Positions 10,509-21,990 of a DNA stretch of 64,000 nucleotides are shown here, piece after piece (the stretch's first letter is position 1; each line of letters starts with the position of its first letter). This DNA comes from Minutocellus sp. GHC0000111. Lineage: Eukaryota. The notes under the pieces are model-generated. The model searched no databases, was not told where the DNA came from, and saw only the letters and a program-made list of their open reading frames with translations. The DNA lies in assembly GCA_977018835.1 (NCBI GenBank), contig OZ361261.1, positions 806,001 to 870,000 of the forward strand, given 5' to 3'. The translations under genes and the position numbers were made by a program.

Positions 10509-12997
10509 ATGCTCATCGGCGACGACTCGGCCAACGAGGACCCGCGGCTGTCCAGCGCGGCCAGTCTCCTCCGCCTCGGTCATTTGGGTGCGACCTTTGG
10601 ACCCACCTACACGCACCAGTGCTTCGACGACGAGCGCGTTCGTGGATTTCAGCCGTACGACGACGCCATTCGAGAGACGGAGCGGCGGTACGCCACGTCT
10701 CCCCTGGCGCTGATGAATGATGTCAATGCTGGTGCTGGAGCTGGTCGGTTGGCCGTGTCGCGCCAGGCCAGCAAAGGACTGCGCGAATCGCTGGTCAGGT
10801 CTCACGATCTGCCTCACAAGTCCTTCCAGCATCACGAGACGGCGACGCATCGACTGTCGCTGGAGGTCGTGCTGGCTCCCAGCTGTCAATCCTGTGCGGT
10901 GATCATTCGAACGGAGGCCAAGAAGAGGGATCGGGCGGGAAGTACCGCCAGCGAGGCTTCGTTGGTGTCGGCGTCGTCGGCCTCCTCATCATCGGTCCCA
11001 TCGTCCAGATCGGTGTCACCGTATTTCGATCTGCAGGTCCAGCCGACCAATGATAATACTGCTGCTGCTGCTGCTGCTGCTGCTAGTGGTGGTGGTGGCG
11101 GTGGTGCTGGAGGTCGTGGTGGCAAGCGACGTCGGGTGGGGCGCAATGACAGTGACTGTGAGAACAATGATCGCAAGTCACCCCCTCTGGCCGTTGGTGC
11201 TGCACCGATGAGCGTATTGGAGCAGCTGGACAGCATTGCCGACGGTAATGGTATCGGTACCAACGCCAACAATGCTACTACTGCTGGTCCCAAGATTGTG
11301 TTCAGCAGCAAGAGTACCACCGGCATCCCCCTCGCGCCCGGTGCCAATACCATGGTCGTCCATCCCCTCTCCACGTACGCTGCCGCCAACAGCACTGGTG
11401 GTGGTGGCCGTGCCGGCAGGACGCGCCGTCGCCGGATGGAGATCGACGAGGTGCTGGAGAGGATCAGCCGGACCCTCCCTCCCGTGGTTCGGTGCGATCA
11501 CATTCGTACCGACGAGTTGGGGGGTGGTGATGATGATAGTGGCGGCGGTAGTGCAGGATTGCAACTGCCATTGGTCCAGGTGGGAGGTGCAACCATCGAT
11601 GAGGTACGTGGGGCCTACCTATCGCACCCACTTGGTACCGTGCTCAAGAAATATCAGCGACCCATTCGCAATGCCAATGCCACACTCACGTCATCGGCCA
11701 AGATCAATGACAACGAGTCGATGGGAGACTTTGTCCTGTGTCTGGCCGATGGGAGAGATGAGGGTGTTGCTGCATACCACAATCGCGTGCAGAGATTGGC
11801 CCTCTGGTACATCGAGAACGACAGCGAGGTCGATCTAGCATCGACCGACAGCGGCGGGTATTGGAAGGTCCTCTACGTGTTCCGCAGGCATAAAGTCGCC
11901 GGTGCTGGCGATGATAACCATGGTGATGACGCCAAAATGCCTTTGGTGGCTGCTGAAGAGACTGAGGATGGAAAAGATAGTGACGACGTCAAGCCTGCAG
12001 CCAGTAGCAGTAGCGATCAGACATCGCACAGGCCATCTCATCAGTCATCTCCCTTGGTCAAGCGTGCCGTCAAATCCTTTTACTCGACGTGCGATAGTCT
12101 CGTGTCGTTGTTCTCTGGACGCCATAATCAAGGCAGTGATAATAGTCGCAGCGCGTTCGAGGAGAGGGTGAATGCAGAGCCACTCGATCTACCTCTGCCA
12201 TCATCGCAGTCCTTAGATAGGACCATTGACGACGGCTATGGTGATGACGAGGACTCTTCGTCGAACACAGTCAAGTACGAGTACTCCCTCGTTGGTTTAT
12301 GACGCTGTTTCACTGCTATTCTCAGTACAAGAAGCCATCTGCTGGGACCATATGCCGCATGTGTCAGGCTGTAGTCCTTCCCTCGTTCCAGCGCGCCGGT
12401 CATGGGAAAATGATGATGATTGGCGCTCACGAGGTGGCAAAGGGCAGATACGCGGATATGCTCCCGCCATCTATTGGGCAGAGGGGTGACATCGTTGAGG
12501 TCGATGTGGAAGATCCGGCGATTGAATTTACCGCTCTGAGAGATCGAGTTGACTACGAGATGGTGAAAGATGCCATCGCTAGTGACCCTCGGTCGGTACT
12601 TGGGGTCAACGTGGCCGACGTGGCCGTTTCTCAAGAGGATTACTACCTTCCCCTCAGTGGACAAGAGCTGGTCGAGGCATCCTCAATTCTCAAGATCACA
12701 CCGGATCAAGTCCAAATTGCTCTCGAGTTGTACAAACGCAATGCGTTGGATGACGAAATTTCGCATCAAATGAGAGAAAAGAAGAAGAAACCCGCCACCA
12801 AGAGGCAGGCTGTTGCCAAGCTGGAGGGTATGTACGAATCTATGGTCAAGAAGCGTCTGTCGAAGGTGTACCGGGAGGATATCAGTGGTTGCGGTGGTGG
12901 AAAGGCTGAGAAGGATGCCGTACTTGATTATCTATATGATGAAACTATGGCTCACTATCGCTCGATCTTGGGGGAAAGAAAGAGCGCTCGCAGTTAG
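10509..12997 (+). pseudogene. HAT1: HAT1-like histone acetyltransferase with a frameshift at ~12296-12299
   Basis: PTYTHQCF..E.VRGF, YHNRVQRLALWYIE, YWKVLYVF, then MTLFH...RMCQAVVLPSFQRAGHG and VEDPAIEFTALRD in another frame; junction ggtttatgacg. Confidence 0.75.
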
Positions 12998-13534
12998 GGC
13001 CAGGTTTCTCGGAAATGAAAAGTAGATCGATTGGCATTGGACTGGATGGAGGGGGGAAGGAGGAGGAGGAGGGATTTGACCGAGAGAGAGAAAGACTCAA
13101 TCAATCAAAGCACGGAATTGATTGATCCAAAACGTGGTCTCTTGGATACGGATAAATTAGGGCTGAATACTATCATTTTTTGGGTTGCCTATCTACGATC
13201 TACCGTTGATTTGGGAGGGCTGCGGAAGCCTCAAAGCAAGGGCTCCTCTCACCACCGTTGGGTTCGCACCGCCGCCAAGGGTTCGCTGGGACCTTTCCGC
13301 ACACGTACGTCACCACGTTCTCTGGTCCGGCCCTCGAGAGTACATTTCTCGCCACTGGCTTTCTTCAACTTCCCTCAAGATCGAGGGAACCAAATGCTTT
13401 GGCTTCCATCATTCACTGGATTGGATTCGAAGCTAACTCTCTTGCGCTTTCCAGCTATGTAGTTGTAGGAAGCACCCACACCATATCTTTTAGTTGTGTC
13501 ACCGCTGAATCATCATTCCTCTCAGACTGAAACG

Positions 13535-14607
13535 ATGGCGATGCATCACGTATCTTGCTCTCCCTCGGATGAGACATCCGCATGCAATCTGCCACCGACC
13601 AGGCAGCGTCATTCAACACGACGAAGAAAAGATGTTTCGTCTACAATCATAATTGCATGTCTTTTATCAATAATGGCTTTTCCAGGCGTCGCATTGGGAT
13701 TCGCACCAGTCCACAACGGCGCACTCCGATGGAACGAAATAAAATACCAACCGCCAACATTTCCAACAGAACAACGACAACGATCACATTCCAACATCGT
13801 TCGACAAAGTCAAAGAGATGCATCATTCAAAACAAGCCACCACATGAGCAGTGTTGCTGTGGCCGGTATGGAATCCCAAGGGAGAAGGCGGAGCAGTTTC
13901 AAGGACAGGATGCGAAATATTGTTGTGAAGGATCGATTACGGTCGGCAGAGGCCAAAGTAGGAGGTAAGAATGGTCGGCCATCCAACGTCAAGGTCGTGC
14001 ATACGCTCGAAGATTACAAAATGGCTGTAGGCGATGAGAATGAAAAGCTTGTTGTTGTTCGATTTTATGCAACATGGTGCAAGGTAAGTGCAATAGAGTG
14101 ATTCGGGAAAAAGAGTGTTCAAAACTGTTCAACTGTTTTACTGTTCGATTTTCTCAATCGTGAGCTGCTCTTCGCGGTGTGATCACTCTAATGGAAGGGA
14201 GATGACGAATACTAATTTGAATTCTCTTGGGTGCAATTATTTCTAACGAATACTTTTTGCTATTCTTGCATTCACAGGCATGTCGCGCTATGGCACCGTA
14301 TTTTTACAAGCTTGCACAAACATACAAAGACATACAATTCGTTGAAGTACCAGTAACCGATAAGAACGCCAACCTGCACCAGGGTTTGGGCGTGCCCTCT
14401 CTGCCATATGGCCATATTTATCATGCTCAAGGGGGTCTGGTGGAAGAGTTGAAAATCAACAGGAAACACTTTTCAAAGTTTGCCAAGGTTGTGCATTCTT
14501 ATGCACAGACCACTTGTGATCTGATTGATGGTGAGACAACAAATCCCTATCCTGATCCGGACGAAGAATCTGTTGCGGCCAGCCGTTCAGCAGAAGTTTC
14601 GGCATAG
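13535..14607 (+). CDS. Thioredoxin-like protein (WCKAC), probably plastid-targeted; intron 14084-14277
   Basis: VVVRFYATWCK|ACRAM spliced across GTAAGT..CAG; hydrophobic segment ending ALGFAP. Confidence 0.85.
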
Positions 14608-14764
14608 AGATATCCAATGCATAAAACTCTATTGGTACTGGAATGATATCATCAGCTACGCTACATCCAAACCGTTTGCTAGGTTAATACATATCTGCAT
14701 ATAAATACATTAGATCATTATTGTAAAAGAAATAGCAAGTGTTGCTACTTATAAATTGAGAAGA

Positions 14765-16817
14765 TTACTTGCGAAACAACATGGCTCTCCAGGAGTGTGT
14801 CGGATATTGCCGCTTCGTGCTGGAATTGTTGATTAGAACGGCAGGAATAAAGCTAAGCATGGTTGCTGCAAGTAAGAGACCATAGTGCTTCCATCCAAAT
14901 TGGCCGCTTGCGAGAAGAATGGATGCCGCACCAGCAGGGGGGTGTAACACCCCGAGTTTTCCCATCATTGCTATCGCCAAGGATGATGCAATCGCCTGCC
15001 GAAGCCAAACTGCCATCGGGATGTAGGTAAATGCTAAAGATATGGAACCGCTGACCACTTGGCCATAAAACGCCGAACGAGGTTGTGATGCCGGCGCAGC
15101 AGTGAGACCGAATTCAAGTGCCATTAGAGCTCCGATGGGAGCCATGAAGAAGAATTGTTCACCTTCTGACTTGCTGTGGATTGCCTCACTTACAGAACCA
15201 AGAAGCAATAACGTACAGAGACATCCTGACATGGAAAAGATCGTCTGACTCCAAGTCACTGTCGGCGGGACTTGTAGAGAGCCGCCGCCAACGCACTTTC
15301 GCGACCATGTTGTTATCCTGCGCTTTGTGTTGGACCAAAAATCGTCGGAATGAATGTCGTCTTTCCCGTCACTTACTGCCTCATTCTCGGCACCCATTGA
15401 ACCGTCGGGTCTAACTGCCATCGCCGCCTTACGAGCCCCATTTGCCGCGATAACGGCACCAATTGCCTCTGCATTCCGTACCATGCAAATCTGGTTGTAA
15501 TAATCTATGAGCTGTTCAGCATCTTTCTGGAGTTGGGTCAAAAATATGAGAATTCCTTTTTGATTACCTGCATGAAAGGTAACGCTGGCGGCATGATTCA
15601 ATCCAGCATTATGAATGGCATTTAGACGCGGTGTCTTGGCTGTATCGGGATCGTCAACAAGCGAGCTGATATCTCTCCAATTCAATAAAACTTGGGGTAA
15701 GTGGAGATGATCCTCGTTGTCCTGGTCAGCCCTGGCGCCTTTTTGCGCACCAAACTTGGGGAGCCGTAATCTATTTCGGGGGTCAAAACTTCGCGAAAAG
15801 GAACCCCAGGTACTGCTCCTCCGATGTGTGGGTTTCTTTTGGGGCTTTGTAGGAGTACTACTGCGAGTGGCACTATCGTTTTCACCCTCAACATCAGCAC
15901 CATCCTTCTCATCACCATCATTTCGATCGATCGGATCATCCTCCTTTTCGCTTTGAGTGCTCGCCTTTCCCATTGCGTGAGATAAGGCAGCAAAGACGTC
16001 ACCACCCTTCAGTGACCCTCCAGAAAATACTTTACCTCTCCTTCCAGAATTTGAGCTGTCAAAGCTTCCCATTCGTTGGCGATTGCCAAAGAAATTTCCC
16101 CCGTGGTTTGAACCAGATGGTGTCGGTGGTTTGCTATTCAAATGACCAAATAAGTTTCCACCCCTCCTCGATGAATTGAAAATGCCATCATGATGATTAC
16201 CACCAATCCCACGAACGCCTTCTGATGATTCCATCCACAAAATCCCAGGCAAATCCACCCCTACAAGAACAGGCTCGGCGGGTACGTACATTGGATTGGA
16301 CTTGTCTTCTAACCTAGATAAGAATTCGTCAAGCTGCATATCTGGATTCCGCCAATATCCTCCATCTGCTCGCACCAGCCGACCAGAGTGGTCCGATTCC
16401 AGCAACCATACCTCTACTGCATCAATTCCCCACGCATCCTCTCCCGTTTCTGAAACTATGCGACTCAATCTCTTCTCTTCTACTGATCGATTGTCCACGG
16501 CTGGGACGGCAGATAAATAAATGTTCGTTCGGTAGCTTTCGTCGAGGCCCGCCCAGTATCGATGTAGACATGGAACGCAAATACGAGGCTCCTGTGGTTG
16601 TTATTCTGCGACGTTGGTTACTATTGACGCCGGCCTCATGAGAGCCTGTCCCTGTTGGCACCGATGAGTGAAGACGGGTGTTGGATGGAGAAAGAGGTGG
16701 TCGACTGTGGTTTGCTTTCTTGGGTGTGACACCAAGATCTTCTTTCGTTGGCAGGGAAAGACGTCCAGCCTGTGGCGGCGGCTCTTCGCCGCTGTTGGAG
16801 CTCGTCGACATGTCCAT
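14765..16817 (-). CDS. HPP-family membrane protein with long N-terminal region; frame break near 16514-16521 (4-bp duplication or intron)
   Basis: C-terminal TM helices with APIGA, AAPASQPR and HPPAGA. Confidence 0.8.
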
Positions 16818-17194
16818 TTTTCTTCAATCTTACGAATTGTGCGTGGTGGCATTACTGAAGCGGGTTGCATTGCATAGCAACTACGTAGCTAGGAACTTCC
16901 TACCCCGAATGCTCGCTGCTCCATTGTGGCTCGGCGCATTTCGCGGATTGGACTGTAGAGTTTCTCATGTGTCACTATGACGCAAAGAAGTAGCCTGCGC
17001 GTCGTCGCGTCCGTCTTGAGGAGCCCGAGCAAAGCAGCGCCGCCGCCCACTTGCGTTCCGGTAGCATCGGTGCTCGAAGACAGCCAACAGCTCATCGGCT
17101 CTTTCTGGCTAGAGATCTACTACCTGCATATGTAGAAAAAAAATATCTCGTCTAATAAGCGCTACTCTACGGTAGATCTACTTAAAATTCATCA

Positions 17195-18934
17195 TCAACG
17201 AGGTTCAAACACAAGAGCAGGGATGATAGGTTCAACACTCGTCCTTTGCTCGTACTTGACATCATCCAACGAATTGGTGCCATCAAGCATGCTAATTTTC
17301 CAGTCCAATACAAGCTGAGACAACAATGCAAGCATCTCGTTCGTTGCAACACGCGAACCTGGGCATTTCCTTGGACCCTGTGAGAAGGCATCTTTGTAAT
17401 AAACATGATCCATAATTTCTGATGGTGTTCCCTTTCGCCTTTCGACCTGCTCTTCTGACCATCGATCGGGATTGAATGTCTTGGGATCGTCCACCAGATT
17501 GGGGTCATGCGAGGCCGAAAGGCCTTCCATGGCAACAACAGAGCCGGGTGCCAGGGTTTCGCTGTGGATCGATACTGGCTCTGATCCCATGATCCGCTTA
17601 AAGACATAAATGGGAGCACTGGGAGTCAAGCGATGAGTTTCCCGGATAAAGGAGTGCAAGTAAGGGGATTTCTTGCGGTCCAGAATCGATGCCGTGAGCT
17701 CTCCACTGCCTTCCGAAACGATATTTGCCTTGAGCTCGTCATACAACTCCTCTTGAACATTGGGATTGAGAGCCATGTGGACCATATTCCAGCCAACTGC
17801 CGTCATTGTAGTATCAACTGCCGCGAAGAGCTGAGTAAAGCATATGTCTTGGAGTTCCTTATCCGTAATATCGCATCCCTCTTCCTGCTGCCTTTCAATT
17901 GCCCTGGCCAAGTACGAGTTCGATTCGTATTCGTCCAATTCTCCCCGCCCCTTCTTTTCAATGAATTGTGCAATCTTTCGCTTACCAATGCTGTACGATT
18001 TTGTGAAACCTTCGTCCATTACCCCATATCGCTTGGATTTGAGTCCAAGGACATTCCCAACAATGTTTTCGAAGGGATCTACCAGCATTTGAATCGAGGT
18101 AGACAGCCCAAGCTTGGTACTTTCCACAAATTCAACATTTTCTGCATCCGTGGGTGTGCTGGTATCGGCAGTATCGGTGAGCTGGCCAAACATGAGTGCC
18201 GAAAACATGTCGAAAGATGCTCGAGCGAAGAAGTGGTTGAGCGCTTCTTCCTTTTGCCCACTGGACTGCTCCAAGGAAACATGGGCAGCACCCTTGCTGG
18301 CCAACTGAGCCGCACGGATGATACCTGGAACATATCTCTTGGCCGATGCCGGATGGAGCAGATCGGTCTGCAGAAAGGTGCGAATGCGCTTCCATTCTTC
18401 CCCTTGGCCGAACAGTCCCAAATCATGCGCGCCGGCCAGGACGCCGTTCTCCATAGACCAGCGTTTGTTGGGCCACAGATGCTGCGCGAGGCCCGAGGGG
18501 TAGGCGCCACCGCCACGGACCACCTTCATCATTTCCGTGGGATCGCGAATGACGTACAGCGTGGCATGAGTATAATCGGGATTGCCGATCGACGGCAGTC
18601 CCATGGAGTAAAATCCACCGAACTTTTTTGCCATTGCAGGGAAGAATTTGTAGGGATCCGTCGCCAAATTCGGAATGCCCGAATGGAACGGCAGGAGGCT
18701 GCCAATGTAAGGCAATGATGGGACACGAACGAGCTTGGGATGGCCAGCCGCTGCTGATGCTCGGTTTGAGTCGCCATGTTGGTGATGGACAGGACATCCT
18801 TGCGGCGGGGGCGCGGAGGAAGATGACGAAAGCGCTTCGCTCGACTTGTGACGTACCAGCGCTGGGGCTGACCATGCTAGCGCAAAATCAGCACATGCTG
18901 CTCTTAGCTTCCGCCGCGAAGCAGCAAGGAACAT
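17195..18934 (-). CDS. Cytochrome P450
   Basis: I-helix FAAVDTT, ExxR (ETHR), FNPDRW, heme motif FSQGPRKCPG; Arg/Ser-rich N-terminus. Confidence 0.95.
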   Translation of the reverse strand: MFLAASRRKLRAACADFALAWSAPALVRHKSSEALSSSSSAPPPQGCPVHHQHGDSNRASAAAGHPKLVRVPSLPYIGSLLPFHSGIPNLATDPYKFFPAMAKKFGGFYSMGLPSIGNPDYTHATLYVIRDPTEMMKVVRGGGAYPSGLAQHLWPNKRWSMENGVLAGAHDLGLFGQGEEWKRIRTFLQTDLLHPASAKRYVPGIIRAAQLASKGAAHVSLEQSSGQKEEALNHFFARASFDMFSALMFGQLTDTADTSTPTDAENVEFVESTKLGLSTSIQMLVDPFENIVGNVLGLKSKRYGVMDEGFTKSYSIGKRKIAQFIEKKGRGELDEYESNSYLARAIERQQEEGCDITDKELQDICFTQLFAAVDTTMTAVGWNMVHMALNPNVQEELYDELKANIVSEGSGELTASILDRKKSPYLHSFIRETHRLTPSAPIYVFKRIMGSEPVSIHSETLAPGSVVAMEGLSASHDPNLVDDPKTFNPDRWSEEQVERRKGTPSEIMDHVYYKDAFSQGPRKCPGSRVATNEMLALLSQLVLDWKISMLDGTNSLDDVKYEQRTSVEPIIPALVFEPR

Positions 18935-19133
18935 CTTTCGCGCTTCCGGCGTACGCGTTCGTCAAAAAGCAGCCAAATCGCTTCAAAATAGCGTTCTGTA
19001 AATTTTCGACTCGTTTTATTTTTCAATTTCGCATGTTGCCAATTGATGTATGTTGCTGCTCTGCTTTGGCGTTTGGCGTTGCTGGTTGCTGGCCTTGCCT
19101 TCATTTTTGCTCCTTGTCCTTGCATCTGGTTGC

Positions 19134-20356
19134 ATGGCCGGTGGTGTCGAAGAAGCCGGGCCGGCCACCAGTATGAGCAATATGGCCGAGACCAAGCCAG
19201 CCGCAGCCGATGTGAGCAAGGCGGCCATCATCCCGAAGCGTGCTCTCAAGACGGTCGACCTATCCCCGGCTGCGATCCTGGGGCTCATCGCCGAGAACGG
19301 CTGGTTCCGTTGGCACTTTGGTCCGGAACACTCGAACCTCCGACTCGTCAATCATCAGATCAAGAGTCTCGTCGATGAACCTTCCCGGGGTGGACCTGAC
19401 TTTCCTGCCATCGTTGAGCTTCTAAACAATCGCAATCGATTTGATTTGGGCGAGGGGATTTGCGTGTACTGTCGTGAGCACTACAATATGTATGAGAAAG
19501 ACTTCCCCGTGGAATTGAAATGCAATGCCTGCGCTGCAAACAAGGGGAGATGGTGGACGGACTGCGAATGCACAAAGAGCCATCGCTATGGCTCTGTAGT
19601 CGTAGAAAAGGACCCTCGATTGAACGAGAACGATCAGGAGTTCTTCGATCTTCCCGTGAGAGAGCAGGCTAAGAGGCTTCTTACCTTCCATCGATGGTGT
19701 GTGGGCAACTTTATCAATCAAGAACAGGGGGGAAACCAGGACCTGACCATGGTTGAGCCCGACATGTTCTACGGTGACGGCTTCATGAAGGAACTTGGCG
19801 TTCATAACGCTCACATTTACAACTTTCTGCATCATCTCCTGTTTACTGGGTGGGCACACAAGGAGCTTTCTCTTTCGTCCTGTGCCCCTGGTACCTATTC
19901 CCCCTATCGCGAAAGTTTCCTTGGTGGTAATCACATTGACTGGGATGGTGGGCACAGGGAAACTTTTTTGAGATTTCCCAGAGCTTTCTTGGGGCCCACA
20001 CGCCCAACGAAGGAGAGGTGAAGACCATTCGTGTTTTCCGTTTCGTCGGCAACGATTATACCTTGTCGCAAATACAGCGAATCCCTGAGACTATTCGTCG
20101 GTGCATTGAGTTTTCTATTGATACCGAGGCTGTGGCTCTGTTGGGTGAAGGCATTGCCGAATCAATCGACGTGTATCGTGTCTTGCGAGAGACATACAAG
20201 AACAATGCGAAAGAGCTGGGATTTTTGGAGTGGATGCCATGCTTCGGTGGGTCGGAGGATGACTTCGAACCATTGACAGATTTCTCAGACTACAATCCTG
20301 GAGAGACGAAGCACATTCTTGGCACAGGTCTTGCTCTCACAAGCGATTGTGAATGA
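19134..20356 (+). CDS. Hypothetical protein with Cys clusters, apparently frameshifted near 19960-20020
   Basis: Two overlapping ORFs (to 20021, and 20018-20356 starting at GTG); CVYC, CNAC and CEC clusters. Confidence 0.5.
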
Positions 20357-20448
20357 ATGAGCTTGTTCCTACGTATGTATGTGCAAAAATAAGCATAGAT
20401 TTTTTTGTTCGATCTGCTCGAAACGCTGTAATTTTTACGCCTACTAAT

Positions 20449-21665
20449 CTAATCAAGAGAATCCAAACTGCTGTGATACATAGTCCGTTCCATTCCCTCT
20501 AGAAATTCCTCTCCCTTTGGTGTAAGAGCCTTCGCAATCAGTGGATCAAAATACAGTTCGACACTGTCATCATCGTCATCTTCAGAATCAATATCGGTCT
20601 CTAACCCCAGGACAACATCGCTCGTCCCCAACAGCTTTGCAGTTTGATCTTGAACAGTCGAGTTCGGCGTTGCCGTTACCACCACAAATTTCATATCTGC
20701 CCGCGCCTTTTTGATGAGATCGACAAAATCCGCGTCTTCCGATGCTATCACGAGACATCCATATGGCTGTACTGGAGCCATGTCATTCCCCTTACGTTGG
20801 TTACGCGCACCCTTCATCCACTTGGTTGCTGCCTTGATGAGCGATTTGTCCACATCGAGTACCTCCACGACATTGACATTCTCTTCTCGTAGTACACGGA
20901 CCAGATCTGTCTTTGGAGGTTCATTATTGCCGCCGTTCTTCTTTACCCTAAGGGCGGGTTTGCGGTGCAGACCAATCTGCGCCGCGTCGTACTTGGCAAG
21001 CCGAGCCATTTCCTTTGTCGAAAGTTTGGCCCAACTGGGTTTCTCCCGTCCCTTCTTGGTCTTGTGATGGAGCCTGGTCCGGCGCTTCTCTTGTTCTCGA
21101 TCGTGAAGCATCCGCATATGTCGGTCTAGCTTTCCCCATAAATCTATTCCTGCCTACCTGTCCTTTTTGGTGAGCTTCATTTTGGCACCACAGACACCAC
21201 ATCGGAGCATTTCCTGATCGTCAAAGCCAGAGACCGGCGCATCCCTGTCCCATTGTTCCATTTGTTCTTCCAGGGGTACCTCTCGACGTTCCCTCTCCTC
21301 GTCCCCGACGTACGTGAGGGTGTGCTTGTTGGCAAATGCTCGAAAGGTGCTCAGCTCTCCAGCTGCCTCGGCGAATTGACGGAGCGGCCGAACAAACCTG
21401 GCGGCCTCCTCTCGAGTGTGAGTTGAGAAGGTTTTCGTTTCTTGAGCAATGTTGTCGAGATCAACAAATATACCCACCGGCAGCGGTGCTGCTGCTACCA
21501 CGGGTGGTTGCCTGGGCAGGACGTACTAGTATTGGAGAAGGACGTTGCCACCGCTCCTTGATGATAATAATGAGGAGCCACTGCGGCAGCTCTCCGAACA
21601 CGAACGACGCCGCCCAAACTCAATGATGTCGACACGTATCGGGATACGGCGACTGCCGGCACCAT
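20449..21665 (-). pseudogene. NYN/PIN-like domain plus C2H2 zinc-finger protein, disrupted
   Basis: IFVDLDNI, CGVC..RHMRMLH, ASEDADF; in-frame TAG at 21154-21156 inside the finger and a frameshift near 21500-21530. Confidence 0.7.
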
Positions 21666-21990
21666 TGACTTGCTCCTGAATATATCCAAAGGTTGGCGTA
21701 TTGTCACGAAGAAGCGGGCAGCAACTTCGTGCGAAAGTGTTGCTGCAAAACGCTCCGCCGAGAGAAAAATGAGGCGGATTGTTTGAGGTCAGGGAGGGTC
21801 TATTTCTGTGACGATGCACTGACGTTTTGTCCGATGCCGATGCCGGGATGGGCGGGATCGGGATAGCATAGGCGGATGGCGACGCGACGCCGACTCGACT
21901 CCTCCCGAGATAGCCCACCGGGCCCAAAAGGGCAAGCTCTATGCTTTCATGTTGTCACTGTCCTACCTCACTAACTAAGCGCTTTTGATC

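Noticed and set aside
13031..13500. Intergenic ORFs or possible ncRNA
   Set aside because: No recognisable protein, tRNA or snRNA motif.
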